Source: a virus | Length of the DNA: 64,000 nucleotides | IMG/VR virus record: IMGVR_UViG_3300029555_000004 | Reading direction: 5' to 3' (one strand) | In this document: positions 1 to 9,906 of the stretch, one piece after another | How positions within the stretch are numbered: the first letter of the stretch is position 1 | Layout: every line of letters begins with the position of its first letter | Program-made: the position numbers and the translations under genes | The notes under the pieces: model-generated | What the model was told of the DNA's origin: nothing | Seen by the model: only the letters and a program-made list of their open reading frames with translations | Databases searched by the model: none

Positions 1-2
1 AT

Positions 3-335
3 ATGACAGACTTTGAATACTGCAAGTACAACTTCAAGGCAATGCGACTGAACCACTTAGTTGTTGAATGTAACTATTGTGGAGAATTGGTTGACAAAAC
101 AGCCGAAAATTACACGCACAGGCTTAAAGGGCATTGTTCCCTAGATACTTGCAAAAGCTTAGTAAATACGAATCATACGGCAGCATTACGGACGGTAACA
201 TTGGTGCATTTGAGTAATGAAGCAGCTGACCCGGAACAGATTTTGAGGGAGATACAAGAAACGTCTGGTGCTGATACAGTCGTTCAGATTGCAGCACCCG
301 GACTGAAAATTAACTTGGGCTTATGTCCGTTTTGA
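3..335 (+). CDS. hypothetical protein (may continue upstream of window)
   Basis: ORF track; first gene of a co-directional array; C-terminal LVHLSNEA...PGL stretch only weakly recalls MBL-fold hydrolase C-termini. Confidence 0.45.
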   Translation: MTDFEYCKYNFKAMRLNHLVVECNYCGELVDKTAENYTHRLKGHCSLDTCKSLVNTNHTAALRTVTLVHLSNEAADPEQILREIQETSGADTVVQIAAPGLKINLGLCPF

Positions 336-348
336 AAGGAGAAAATTA

Positions 349-684
349 ATGAAACTGTATTTTTACATTCTGGGTACAGACAGAAAAACAGGAAAATGGA
401 ATCTTCATCTTGAAGAATGTGAAGTAATAGAAAAGCCGAAGACATACAAACCAGTAACTGAATTCCCTGCCGGAATCTACGCTTCGTTTATAAGAAAAGA
501 ATCAATAGGCAATTTCATTAGCGAATACAGCAAAGTGGTTGTATTAGATGCACCTGATTATGAAAAAGCAAAGGAAGTATTTTTAAAACAATACGATAAT
601 GAATTAAACACGCTAAGAAAAAGCATTAATTTCTATGAGGAACTTAAATCTGCGATCGAAGCAGGAGAGGAGAGCTGTAAATGA
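349..684 (+). CDS. hypothetical protein
   Basis: ORF track; AGGAG RBS upstream; ATGA overlap with next gene. Confidence 0.6.
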   Translation: MKLYFYILGTDRKTGKWNLHLEECEVIEKPKTYKPVTEFPAGIYASFIRKESIGNFISEYSKVVVLDAPDYEKAKEVFLKQYDNELNTLRKSINFYEELKSAIEAGEESCK

Positions 685-1004
685 GCGTGTTCAGTGTACC
701 AGTAACGATTGGTATTAATGAGGAAGAAACTGCAAAGGAAATCCGCAAAAATGTTGAGGACAGGGTAGTTGAAAAAATTACCAAAGAAATAAAAGGAGTT
801 ATTTATAAAAAAGAGTTATATAGTAGTAGAGAAACTAATGAGCAGTTGTGTAGGATGATACATTCTCATATTTCCGAGATACTAGAAAAGAATGAAAGCG
901 TGATCGTACAGGAAGCGGCAAAAGCCTTAGCAGATAAGATGATTAAAACCAAGGCTGTGAAAGAAGCGATAAAAGAAACTATTGAAAAGGTCAAGGAGGA
1001 TTAA
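681..1004 (+). CDS. hypothetical protein
   Basis: ORF track; ATGA start/stop overlap with the upstream gene. Confidence 0.6.
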   Translation: MSVFSVPVTIGINEEETAKEIRKNVEDRVVEKITKEIKGVIYKKELYSSRETNEQLCRMIHSHISEILEKNESVIVQEAAKALADKMIKTKAVKEAIKETIEKVKED

Positions 1005-1007
1005 CAC

Positions 1008-1364
1008 ATGAAAATCTTCTTAAAAACACTTGACAAACTGAAAAAGTCAGAACCTTCTGAACAGGAATGTAAGTACGACAAAGGATGGAATGATGCAATC
1101 AAGAAGGTTGAAGAACTGATCTGTTCCTATAGTCCTGCGGATATGTGGATTCCAACAAATGTGAAGTTACCTCCAGAGCCAGATGTGAGAGAAAGTCCAG
1201 AAGATAGGATAAAATACAACGTTACCATAAAAGACGCTGAGTTACCAACAAACCTTACATATTTAGGCGATGGAAGATGGGGCATGGTAAAAGAACACGG
1301 AATTGCATATTACCCAGTCATTGCATGGCAACCAATGCCAACAGCTTACAAACCAGGGAGGTAA
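1008..1364 (+). CDS. DUF551-like phage protein
   Basis: C-terminal W-x-P-M/L-P pattern (VIAWQPMPTAYKP) and MWIPTNVKLPPEPD typical of DUF551. Confidence 0.45.
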   Translation: MKIFLKTLDKLKKSEPSEQECKYDKGWNDAIKKVEELICSYSPADMWIPTNVKLPPEPDVRESPEDRIKYNVTIKDAELPTNLTYLGDGRWGMVKEHGIAYYPVIAWQPMPTAYKPGR

Positions 1365-1369
1365 CACCA

Positions 1370-1558
1370 TTGGAAATTATAATCGGAATTTGTGCAGAGG
1401 AAATCAAAGAAATCCTTGTTGAGCACATCAAAACAAAAGGATTCAACGTAACAGAAGATGATATTTCCTTTGTTATCGGGAAAGAAGAAGTTGTAACAGG
1501 AAATACAAAGAAAATCAAACACGCACTTATCAGGTGCGACATTCAGATTGAGAGGTGA
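1370..1558 (+). CDS. hypothetical protein (TTG start)
   Basis: In-frame TTG 10 nt after GGAGG at 1355; the ORF-track start at 1277 would overlap the upstream gene by 88 nt. Confidence 0.4.
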   Translation: MEIIIGICAEEIKEILVEHIKTKGFNVTEDDISFVIGKEEVVTGNTKKIKHALIRCDIQIER

Positions 1559-1564
1559 TAAATT

Positions 1565-1975
1565 GTGAATATTGTTATTCTTTCTGGAAGATTAACTGCT
1601 GACCCAGATATCAGAATGGGAACGAATGATACCAAAATCGCAAGATATATTTTGGCTGTCGAGAGAAGAGTGAAAAAGAATACAGAAAGAAAATCTGACT
1701 TTATCACTTGCGTATGCCTTGGAAAAAATGCAGAATTCGCAGAGAAATATCTTAAAAAAGGCACGAAAGTAAATGTGCGTGGAGAATGGCAGACTGGAAA
1801 CTATACGAACAAAAATGGCGAAAAAGTCTACTCAAATGATTGCCTTGTTGCAGAACATGAATTTGCAGAAAGAAAGAAACAGGAAGCAGACACACGACCA
1901 GTACCACCGACAGAACCTAGTTTCATGGATGTGCCAGATTTAGGCGGTATGGAAGATGAATTTCCGTTTAGTTAG
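1565..1975 (+). CDS. ssb: single-stranded DNA-binding protein
   Basis: MNIVILSGRLTADP OB-fold N-terminus; acidic C-terminal tail MEDEFPFS typical of bacterial/phage SSB. Confidence 0.9.
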   Translation: MNIVILSGRLTADPDIRMGTNDTKIARYILAVERRVKKNTERKSDFITCVCLGKNAEFAEKYLKKGTKVNVRGEWQTGNYTNKNGEKVYSNDCLVAEHEFAERKKQEADTRPVPPTEPSFMDVPDLGGMEDEFPFS

Positions 1976-2032
1976 GTAATGAAAAACGAGTGTAGAAAGC
2001 TTGTGGATCAAATAGAAAAGGAATGAAGCAAG

Positions 2033-2623
2033 TTGGATTATAAAAAACTTAGACAGGCAAAAGCTATTGAAGCAACAAACCGTGAAAGATGGTTAAAAGT
2101 TAATCCGAATCTGAACGACAAATCTGGAATTTATATGCTCACTAGATGCGACGAAGAGGGATTCAAGTATGCGTACATAGGACAAGCAAAGCATATTTTA
2201 TCAAGACTTTGTGGACACAACATGGGATACAAGTCGCATATTGACAGAAGCTTAAAAAAACATGGGGTACTTTCAAAAATTAATCCATATGGATGGAATG
2301 CGACATTTATAAATTGCCCTATATCAGAGCTTGATGAAAAGGAAAAATTTTACGAAAGACAATTTGCAGACCACGGTTATCAACTTAGAAATAAAACAGG
2401 TGGCGGTCAAGGAAAGGGGAAGAAACAAATTGACGAATTTCGTCCGGCAAAAGGATATAGAGATGGAATCCAACAGGGCAAAATAACCCTTGCAAGAGAA
2501 CTAAAACACATCATTGATACTCACTTAAACGTATCAATAAGACCAGAAAAAGTAAATAACAAAGTATCTATTAAGGCGTTGGAAAAATTCAACGACTTAC
2601 TCAATGAAGAAAACTATCACTGA
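2033..2623 (+). CDS. GIY-YIG domain nuclease
   Basis: SGIYML...YAYIGQA (GIY...YIG) motifs followed by conserved R and E positions. Confidence 0.65.
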   Translation: MDYKKLRQAKAIEATNRERWLKVNPNLNDKSGIYMLTRCDEEGFKYAYIGQAKHILSRLCGHNMGYKSHIDRSLKKHGVLSKINPYGWNATFINCPISELDEKEKFYERQFADHGYQLRNKTGGGQGKGKKQIDEFRPAKGYRDGIQQGKITLARELKHIIDTHLNVSIRPEKVNNKVSIKALEKFNDLLNEENYH

Positions 2624-2723
2624 TTCTAACACACCAGTAGTTCTACTGGCTAAATTCAAAAGATAAAAAATAAAAATGAAAGGAGCTTGCCTTCAGCTGA
2701 CGTAAGGGTGCACCGGGCTTCTT

Positions 2724-3563
2724 TTGAAAATGAAATTAAAGTGTGAAATATATCGTGATTCTATGCAGAACTATAAAAAATACGCAATTCCAAGAGCGCA
2801 ACTCGTAATTGCTGATGTTCCATACAATGTAGGATGTAATTTCTACGGAAGTAATCCTATGTGGTACACGGGCGGAGACAACAAGAACGGCGAAAGTAAA
2901 CTTGCTGGTAAAGCAGCATTCAATTCAGATTTCAATTTCAATCTGTATGAATACTTCCATTTTTGTTCAAAAATGTTGAAGAAAGAACCAAAAAAGGCAG
3001 GTGTAAGAGGAAGAAGTTCAGACGCACCATGTATGATAGTGTTTTGTTCATTTGAACAAATTCAAACTCTGATTAATGCGGCGGCGAAACATGGATTTGT
3101 TCACTATATACCGCTTGTATTTATAAAAAACTACAGCCCACAGGTGCTTAAAGCAAATATGCGTGTGGTAGGTGCTACAGAATATGCTCTTGTATTCTAC
3201 AGAGATAAACTTCCAAAATTCAGAAATGGAGCGCAGACGGACGAAAACGGAAAGACTATTCGTGGAACCGGGAAAATGGTATTTAATTGGTTCCAATGGG
3301 AGAAGGACGGAAAAGATATTCCGAAAATTCATCCAGCGCAGAAACCAGTATCAGTTCTAAAACGACTGATTGAAATATTTACTGACCCTGGGGATGTAGT
3401 GATTGACCCTTGCTGTGGAAGTGGCAGCACATTGAGAGCCGCCATGGAACTTGGCAGAAGTGCATATGGATTTGAAATTGACAGGAACTTTTATAGCAGA
3501 GCAAAAAACGAAATGCTTGTTTTTGAAAATGATAGCCAAATGAGCATAGGAGATTTTATATAA
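2724..3563 (+). CDS. DNA methyltransferase (N6-A/N4-C type, beta motif order)
   Basis: Motif IV DVPY (IADVPYNVG) N-terminal; motif I VIDPCCGSGSTLRAA C-terminal; no adjacent restriction gene. Confidence 0.85.
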   Translation: MKMKLKCEIYRDSMQNYKKYAIPRAQLVIADVPYNVGCNFYGSNPMWYTGGDNKNGESKLAGKAAFNSDFNFNLYEYFHFCSKMLKKEPKKAGVRGRSSDAPCMIVFCSFEQIQTLINAAAKHGFVHYIPLVFIKNYSPQVLKANMRVVGATEYALVFYRDKLPKFRNGAQTDENGKTIRGTGKMVFNWFQWEKDGKDIPKIHPAQKPVSVLKRLIEIFTDPGDVVIDPCCGSGSTLRAAMELGRSAYGFEIDRNFYSRAKNEMLVFENDSQMSIGDFI

Positions 3564-3576
3564 GGAGCATGATTAA

Positions 3577-3885
3577 ATGTCAGAAAATACAAACGAATGT
3601 GTAATTGAGTGGATTCCCGGAAGAGATTATGTAGGGGTTACTGCTAAGAACGGAAGTTCCTGGAAGAATAGATGTGAGGAATTAGAAAAGGAATTTCCAG
3701 ACGATGTGAAAATTCTTGCCAGAAATAATGATGGATCTATTTTCGCTCACTTGCCGTATTCCTACATTAAAATCAATCCACCAAGAAAATATTCCGATGA
3801 AACAAAGAAGAAAGCTGCGGAAAGATTAAATAAAATGCGTGCAGAAAAAAGTAATACTGCGGAAGAAAATCCGTTTTGCCTATGA
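3577..3885 (+). CDS. hypothetical protein
   Basis: ORF track; RBS AAGGAG upstream. Confidence 0.6.
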   Translation: MSENTNECVIEWIPGRDYVGVTAKNGSSWKNRCEELEKEFPDDVKILARNNDGSIFAHLPYSYIKINPPRKYSDETKKKAAERLNKMRAEKSNTAEENPFCL

Positions 3886-4175
3886 ATTACCGTCAGAGGA
3901 AATATAATGAGGGGCAATCTTCTAGAAATGATATTTACGGATTTCTTGTCAAGTATTTTGAGAAACACGGATACATGCCTTCTTACGAAGAAATCATGGA
4001 TGGAACAGACCTCACAAAGTGTACCGTCCAGAGACATATGCGGCAATTGGAGATGGATTCTCTGATTGCCACAGAACATCCGGGAGTATCAAGAGCGTAC
4101 CGTTTGACGGAATACAGATACGAAAGGAAGAAACATGGGAAGCAAATTAAAGATGAAAGCGCCAAAGAAAAATAG
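3882..4175 (+). CDS. winged-helix DNA-binding protein (LexA N-terminal-like)
   Basis: HGYMPSYEEIMDGTDLTKCTVQRHMRQLE resembles the LexA/MarR wHTH; ATGA overlap with upstream stop. Confidence 0.5.
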   Translation: MNYRQRKYNEGQSSRNDIYGFLVKYFEKHGYMPSYEEIMDGTDLTKCTVQRHMRQLEMDSLIATEHPGVSRAYRLTEYRYERKKHGKQIKDESAKEK

Positions 4176-4221
4176 GGCGTTGGAATGCGATAACCAAATG
4201 TCATAGGCATTTGCCAGAGCC

Positions 4222-4521
4222 ATGCAGAATTCAAGAAAAGAGCTTGAATTTATGCAAGATCAGGCTTACAACGATGGATTCAGCAATGGTGACGACTGGG
4301 CGAATACGATCAATTCCGTAACTATGATGTTGACATTAAGAAAACTGCATGGATTTTCAACCAAAAGGCTTTTAGACGTAATCAATTGCGCAAATGATTT
4401 TGTGGGGCAAGCGAACCGTGGCGAAAGAAGCTTTATGAGCATGATTGAGGAATTGGAATCTGAAACAGATGTAAGAATCCCAGATTTGAATAAAGAATTG
4501 GTTAGAAGGTTCGGAAAATAA
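4222..4521 (+). CDS. hypothetical protein
   Basis: ORF track. Confidence 0.55.
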   Translation: MQNSRKELEFMQDQAYNDGFSNGDDWANTINSVTMMLTLRKLHGFSTKRLLDVINCANDFVGQANRGERSFMSMIEELESETDVRIPDLNKELVRRFGK

Positions 4522-4556
4522 AGGGAGAAAATCTAAGTGAGGAAAGTGAGGACACA

Positions 4557-4916
4557 ATGACAGAACAGGAAAAGAAGGAACTTCTGGACGAGTTAGAAAA
4601 ACGTATGGACGAGAAATACAAAGGTTGTCTTACCAGAGAAGATGTTGCAACCACATTAAAAGTGCCGAGAGAAAAGTGGTTCAGAGATGAGAACGGGAAC
4701 GGAAGCAAATCTCTGATGACGGATGCTTTTGATTCCAGTATTATTTCGTGGCAGGTTTGGGAAACAATCAGAAAATTAACTTGCGTCGTGTGCGGTAAGC
4801 AGTACGTCAGACAGCTTGCGAATGTAGAAAATGCGTATGAGATTGCAGAGAAAATTTGCCAGTTTGTTTATGACTTGAAGATGGATTTTAAGAAACAGGA
4901 GGACGCAAAATGTTAA
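4557..4916 (+). CDS. hypothetical protein
   Basis: ORF track; GAGGA RBS. Confidence 0.6.
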   Translation: MTEQEKKELLDELEKRMDEKYKGCLTREDVATTLKVPREKWFRDENGNGSKSLMTDAFDSSIISWQVWETIRKLTCVVCGKQYVRQLANVENAYEIAEKICQFVYDLKMDFKKQEDAKC

Positions 4917-4946
4917 TCAGAAGTCAGGATAAAGGGAAAATGGAAT

Positions 4947-5576
4947 ATGAGTAAGTTTGTAGACTTAACAGGAAGACGTTTCGGGAGATTAACAGTAATA
5001 AAGCGAAAAAAAACGGACGATACCAATAGAACATATTGGATATGCCAATGTGATTGCGGAAACATAAAAACCGTAGAAGCATACGCGCTCAAAATAGGAA
5101 GAACAAAATCGTGCGGTTGTTTAAGCGTTGATATTGCAAGGCAAAAAGCTACAAGACACGGATTAAGGCATACAAGGATATATAACATCTGGCGCAATAT
5201 GAAATATAGATGCGAGCACAAAGATCACCCACAATATATTGATTATGGCGGTCGTGGAATATCTGTTTGTGAAGAATGGCATGATTTTATGATGTTTTAT
5301 AAATGGGCAATAGAGAATGGGTATCAAGACAATTTAACGATTGACCGCATTGATAATAATAATGGATATTCGCCTGACAACTGTAGATGGGTGGATGCAA
5401 AAATACAAGGAAATAATAAAAGAAATAATTTGATTGTAGAATTCAAAGGAAAGCCAATGACAATTTCTCAAATTTCAGATCTTACTGAAATTAATTATGA
5501 AAAATTAAGAAAGGCATTTCATTCTGGCCGTATATATAAAATGTTTAATGAAGAGCCAGAAGATAGTGAGGTGTGA
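4947..5576 (+). CDS. HNH_3/AP2-like DNA-binding protein (homing-endonuclease-related)
   Basis: GRLTV...YWICQCDCG...SCGC repeats and TIDRIDNNNGYSPDNCRWV (HNH_3-like, catalytic His not evident). Confidence 0.5.
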   Translation: MSKFVDLTGRRFGRLTVIKRKKTDDTNRTYWICQCDCGNIKTVEAYALKIGRTKSCGCLSVDIARQKATRHGLRHTRIYNIWRNMKYRCEHKDHPQYIDYGGRGISVCEEWHDFMMFYKWAIENGYQDNLTIDRIDNNNGYSPDNCRWVDAKIQGNNKRNNLIVEFKGKPMTISQISDLTEINYEKLRKAFHSGRIYKMFNEEPEDSEV

Positions 5577-5578
5577 GT

Positions 5579-5872
5579 ATGAGGTATAGAAAAAAACCAG
5601 TTGTAATTGACGTGGTACAGTGGACTGGTACAAATCATCGAGAAATGTTCGATTTCCTGACGGACTATCAGTGTACAGACCAGTACATATCGGCAGAAGG
5701 TAAGAATTTCTATATTGACCATTGGAAGGTTCCGGGTGGTCTGGTTATTAAAACACTCGAGGGTGAACATCTTGCAAACATTGGTGATTACATCATCAAA
5801 GGTGTTCACGGTGAATTTTATCCGTGTAAGCCAGATATATTCAGAGAAACTTATGAGGAGGTGGAAGTATGA
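5579..5872 (+). CDS. conserved phage protein, unknown function
   Basis: RKKPVVIDVVQW...GEFYPCKPDIFRETYEEV pattern; GAGGTG RBS 7 nt before ATG 5579. Confidence 0.6.
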   Translation: MRYRKKPVVIDVVQWTGTNHREMFDFLTDYQCTDQYISAEGKNFYIDHWKVPGGLVIKTLEGEHLANIGDYIIKGVHGEFYPCKPDIFRETYEEVEV

Positions 5873-6087
5873 AGTATAAATGCGTGAAATCGTTCACGTT
5901 AGATACATACGATGGTGATGGATTTTACGTTGACGGATACATGGAAATTGAGGTAGGCGAAGTTTACGAAGTTGGAAATGAAAAAATTATTGATGGAGAA
6001 ATTCATCTTGACGGAGTAAATGTTAACAGATGGATTGAGATATCTCAAGAAATGTTAGATGAGTATTTTACAGAGGTGGTTGTATGA
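5869..6087 (+). CDS. hypothetical protein
   Basis: ORF track; overlaps neighbours by 4 nt. Confidence 0.6.
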   Translation: MKYKCVKSFTLDTYDGDGFYVDGYMEIEVGEVYEVGNEKIIDGEIHLDGVNVNRWIEISQEMLDEYFTEVVV

Positions 6088-6497
6088 GCAGAGTACGAAC
6101 CAGATTAGAGCAGTACAAAACTGAGATAGAAAATAAATCACAGTATAAGCATGGGCTTCCAGGGAGTGCACTGGATATTGTGAATACTCTTCTGGTGGAT
6201 GCGGAAGAAGATAGAAAAGAAAATAAACAATGGATTCGTCGGCTTCGAGGAAGTATAAATGGAATTAGAGATATTATATGCAATACTGATGAGATAAAAA
6301 CTGCAACATACAGGGTTCAGGAATACATGAGAAATCATGGGAGCGATAAAGAATTTATTCAAAACATTAATAACGATTTTGTTCTTGGATTTATGATTTC
6401 TCAAAGAATGATGCATGATGATTTCCAGGTTGTATGGGAAGAATATTTGGAATCAAGCGAGAGGTGGAAGCATGAGCCATATAAGGAGGTCAAATAA
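6084..6497 (+). CDS. hypothetical protein
   Basis: ORF track; 4-nt overlap. Confidence 0.6.
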   Translation: MSRVRTRLEQYKTEIENKSQYKHGLPGSALDIVNTLLVDAEEDRKENKQWIRRLRGSINGIRDIICNTDEIKTATYRVQEYMRNHGSDKEFIQNINNDFVLGFMISQRMMHDDFQVVWEEYLESSERWKHEPYKEVK

Positions 6498-6707
6498 ATG
6501 CTGAGAATAACACGTTGCGAAGGAAACGGGCAAAGTAGTTGTAAAGGATGCGAAGATAAAGGCATTTGGAACAGACACTGGGTGTGCTTCTTGTATAAAA
6601 TACAGGGACAAGAAGGTTGCTACTGTGAGAAATGCATAAAAGAAATCATGAGAAAGGAAGAGCGAGAATGGTTGAATACACTGAAAAAGACAGTAAAGAG
6701 CTCGTAG
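6498..6707 (+). CDS. hypothetical Cys-rich protein
   Basis: ORF track; CxxC pairs (CKGCEDK, CYCEKC). Confidence 0.5.
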   Translation: MLRITRCEGNGQSSCKGCEDKGIWNRHWVCFLYKIQGQEGCYCEKCIKEIMRKEEREWLNTLKKTVKSS

Positions 6708-6835
6708 AAGCCTTGAACACATTAATTTCAAAATGCGCAAAGGCAAAAAGTTACGAACTCAATTGCATCGTATCTTACGGAGAGAATCTGGAACTTGATT
6801 GTCATTTCGGCTTCAAAATGCACAAAGAGGACTAA
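6668..6835 (+). CDS. hypothetical protein
   Basis: Internal ATG with AAAGGAAGAG RBS inside ORF 6632..6835. Confidence 0.4.
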   Translation: MVEYTEKDSKELVEALNTLISKCAKAKSYELNCIVSYGENLELDCHFGFKMHKED

Positions 6836-6965
6836 ATTGGATATTGTAAATTATACTGCCCGGACGGTGAAACACAGTGCTGCATCTGCTGTACTAAACA
6901 GGATTCTTGTCAGTGCAAATGCGATGATATGGACATTTATGAAGAAGCGGAGGAGTGTGAGGATT

Positions 6966-7229
6966 ATGAGACTGATTGATGCTGATAAATTAAAAGAAGT
7001 TATTGAAAAAGAAAAAGACGATAATGATTATATGTGTAGATTATGCATTGAATCAACTAAGGAGATTATTGACGAACAGCCGACAGCTTTTGATGTAGAT
7101 GAAGTTGTTCAACAGTTGGAAATGTTAATCGAAGATAAAGTTTCAGAATCGGGTGACGATTGGTATACAGCCCAATGTCTGAATGAAGCAGTTGAAATTG
7201 TGAAAGGCGGTGGAGTAGATGGCAATTAA
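6966..7229 (+). CDS. hypothetical protein (MRLIDADKL N-terminus)
   Basis: ATG 6966 preceded by GGAGGAG; the ORF-track TTG extension from 6795 looks non-coding. Confidence 0.55.
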   Translation: MRLIDADKLKEVIEKEKDDNDYMCRLCIESTKEIIDEQPTAFDVDEVVQQLEMLIEDKVSESGDDWYTAQCLNEAVEIVKGGGVDGN

Positions 7230-7869
7230 GCCTATTTTATTCAATACCGATATGGTTCGGGCAATCATGGACGGAAGAAAGACATGCACACGGCGGGTGG
7301 TAAAAACCAGACGAAAAGACGCTTGTGGGTTCTACGTTACGAAAAGAACGGACGGCTCATTTACCGGGATATATGAATATGACGAAGATGAGAGAATGTT
7401 CGAAAATCAGTTGATTCCACCGTACAAGCCAGGAGACATTCTGTATGTTCGGGAAACTTGGCACAGATATACAAAGCGGGTTGGAAAAGGTGAAGGATGC
7501 CATCTGGAAGAACACTATGGATATAAGGCTAGCATTGCAAATTCTGAAGACGTAGAAGAGCCGTGGAAACCATCCATCCACATGCCGAAAGAAGCCGCAC
7601 GTATCTGGCTTAAGGTTACGGATGTTAGGGTGGAGCGGTTGCAGGATATTACAGATGATGGCGCAAAAGCCGAAGGAGCAAATTGCAAAGACGGTAAGAA
7701 TGTAGGCTGGCAGGAAAAGCAGAGAAGAACTGCAATTGAACGCTTTTCAGAGATATGGGAATCCACTGTTTCAAAAGAAAAAATTGATAGTTGTAGTTGG
7801 GCGGCGAATCCCTGGGTATGGGTAATTGAATTTGAAAGATGTGAGAAAATGCAGGAGGAACACAAATGA
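7219..7869 (+). CDS. ASCH-like domain protein
   Basis: ILFNTDMVRAIMDGRKTCTRR ... GDILYVRETW pattern. Confidence 0.45.
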   Translation: MAIKPILFNTDMVRAIMDGRKTCTRRVVKTRRKDACGFYVTKRTDGSFTGIYEYDEDERMFENQLIPPYKPGDILYVRETWHRYTKRVGKGEGCHLEEHYGYKASIANSEDVEEPWKPSIHMPKEAARIWLKVTDVRVERLQDITDDGAKAEGANCKDGKNVGWQEKQRRTAIERFSEIWESTVSKEKIDSCSWAANPWVWVIEFERCEKMQEEHK

Positions 7870-8108
7870 GTAGCGCAAGCGTAAGATTCGGAACAAAAGC
7901 GTATGTATGCGCAAGGTACTTCATCAGACCTGGAAAGTGCTTCAAATACATCGACCAGCGTGGCGAGGATGTCACAGAACACGTTTATGAGGTCATGGCA
8001 TTATACTCTTATTGTGTATTGTTAAGAGATACAAGAAACGGAGTCAGAACTTGCCCGGGATATAACACTTTGAGCCTGATGCTGAGAGGAAGCGAAGCGA
8101 GTGAGTAA
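7866..8108 (+). CDS. hypothetical protein
   Basis: ORF track; 4-nt overlap. Confidence 0.5.
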   Translation: MSSASVRFGTKAYVCARYFIRPGKCFKYIDQRGEDVTEHVYEVMALYSYCVLLRDTRNGVRTCPGYNTLSLMLRGSEASE

Positions 8109-8127
8109 AGGAAAAGACATTTCGACT

Positions 8128-8256
8128 ATGTTTACAAGAGAAGAAAACAAAAAGAACGGAAGACTCGGATATGGACTGGCTACCAGAGAAAAAGATACTA
8201 TCATTAGTCCTGCACAATATGGAGCATTCTTGCAGAAAAGAGGTAAGAGAAGATGA
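8128..8256 (+). CDS. hypothetical small protein (42 aa)
   Basis: Read by eye: ATG 8128, ATGA overlap with the gene at 8253; fills an otherwise empty gap. Confidence 0.3.
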   Translation: MFTREENKKNGRLGYGLATREKDTIISPAQYGAFLQKRGKRR

Positions 8257-8573
8257 GCAAATCAGTATTAGTGATAGATACGCCGAAAAATTGCTATGAC
8301 TGCCCGTTCGGAACTGAATATTGTGGAAATCTTGAATACGATGGGTTGTGTGAATTAGCTGACTGTTTAGATTATGATGCAATTCTGATGACAGAAGAAC
8401 ATTATGATTACGAAAGCAAATCAAGACCTGAATGGTGTCCATTGAAGCCACTGCCGGAGAAGAAAAGTACAACTGCACCCGTGAGCAATTATGAAGTGCA
8501 GAAAAACTTATTTGCCGCTGGTTGGAATAACTGCATTGATAAGATTACAGGAGGAGGGGATTCTGATGATTAA
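8253..8573 (+). CDS. hypothetical Cys-rich protein
   Basis: ORF track. Confidence 0.55.
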   Translation: MSKSVLVIDTPKNCYDCPFGTEYCGNLEYDGLCELADCLDYDAILMTEEHYDYESKSRPEWCPLKPLPEKKSTTAPVSNYEVQKNLFAAGWNNCIDKITGGGDSDD

Positions 8574-8925
8574 TTTAACAGGAAAAAGCGTGTTCGTAAA
8601 GACACAGGAAGAATATTTGAGTGTTCTGAAAATAGCAAGGTTTCAGGGATTCAAATGGGCGAGAGAAAACCATTTAAACCATATCGAAATTCCATTTCCA
8701 AACATATTGATTTTTTACGATAATAAGACCGTTACTTACAGCTTTGAAAAGACATTGCTTGAAGCATCCAAAATCGTCGAAGATGAAAAAAAAATCAAGG
8801 ATGCAGTAAAACTTGTCAGAACGTTCGCTAAATACCCAGATAGAACAACTTTGACGGACTCATTTATTAAGTCCTTGAAGCTACTTGCAGATACCGTAGA
8901 AAGTCAGATGGAAGAGGTGAAGTAG
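8566..8925 (+). CDS. hypothetical protein
   Basis: ATG 8566 with GGAGGGG RBS (ORF-track start 8491 overlaps the upstream gene). Confidence 0.55.
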   Translation: MINLTGKSVFVKTQEEYLSVLKIARFQGFKWARENHLNHIEIPFPNILIFYDNKTVTYSFEKTLLEASKIVEDEKKIKDAVKLVRTFAKYPDRTTLTDSFIKSLKLLADTVESQMEEVK

Positions 8926-9339
8926 ATGGAGAGATTGACAAAAAGAGAAATTAGCGGAATCACGTACAACAATAGTCCCGGATTCATATGCAGTTGCTAT
9001 TGCGATAATTGTTCAAAAGGAACAGGAGATTGTGACAGATTAAAAGCTATGGTTAATCGTCTTGCAAAATTTGAAGACTTAGAAGAACAGGGCCTTCTTG
9101 TGAGATTGCCGTGTAAGGTTGGGGATATATTATTCCGAATTAACAAGGGCGCAAGAAACCCAATTATCAAGATGAAAGTATCTCAGATTACTATGATAAG
9201 CAAATTATATAACATAAAGGCAATCCAAGAAGATTATGGAGAAGTATTTTTCTCAGATGATGTTATTGGGATAAAAGTATTTACTACCAGCGAAGAAGCT
9301 GAGAAGAAGTTGGAGGAGCTGGGAAATGACAAGACCTGA
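8926..9339 (+). CDS. hypothetical protein (MERLTKRE N-terminus)
   Basis: ORF track. Confidence 0.6.
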   Translation: MERLTKREISGITYNNSPGFICSCYCDNCSKGTGDCDRLKAMVNRLAKFEDLEEQGLLVRLPCKVGDILFRINKGARNPIIKMKVSQITMISKLYNIKAIQEDYGEVFFSDDVIGIKVFTTSEEAEKKLEELGNDKT

Positions 9340-9829
9340 GATTACGGCAAAATTATCAGCCATGGTTGAAAAGAAAATTAATCCGCATAATGATCCACGT
9401 ATTTATTGGGCACGAGAAGTTACATTTGATTACTATACAGATCATGCAATCAGAGTGGACTACATGAAATTTGTTCCAGCAAATAATAGCGTTTCTGGAA
9501 TAGAAAAAGCGGATTGCTACTGCTATGAAATTAAGTCGTCTGTTGAAGATTTCAAATCTGGACACGGGTTAAATTTCATTGGCGATTTCAACTATTTAGT
9601 TATGCCGCAAGATGTATATGCAAAAATATCTCTGGAAATTCCGTATTCTGTAGGGGTTTACATACCAGACGGAAGTGAGCTTTCATGCATCAAGAGAGCA
9701 GTGAGGAGATACAGAACAAGACCTGTATCTGAAATTCTTCTGATGATGTTCCGGTCAGCAAATAGAGATTATAGAAAAACTGCAAGGAAATTGGAGGAGA
9801 TGAAGAATGTACAGTCATCAATGGATTAA
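9326..9829 (+). CDS. MmcB-like PD-(D/E)xK nuclease family protein
   Basis: RVDYMKF...CYCYEIKSSVEDFKS pattern typical of the MmcB family. Confidence 0.55.
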   Translation: MTRPEITAKLSAMVEKKINPHNDPRIYWAREVTFDYYTDHAIRVDYMKFVPANNSVSGIEKADCYCYEIKSSVEDFKSGHGLNFIGDFNYLVMPQDVYAKISLEIPYSVGVYIPDGSELSCIKRAVRRYRTRPVSEILLMMFRSANRDYRKTARKLEEMKNVQSSMD

Positions 9830-9906
9830 ATATCACTCTCGCAGAAGAGGGCATATATACAGATGTGTAATTTGTGGAAAACTTTTTGGATAGGAGATGA
9901 AGGAAA

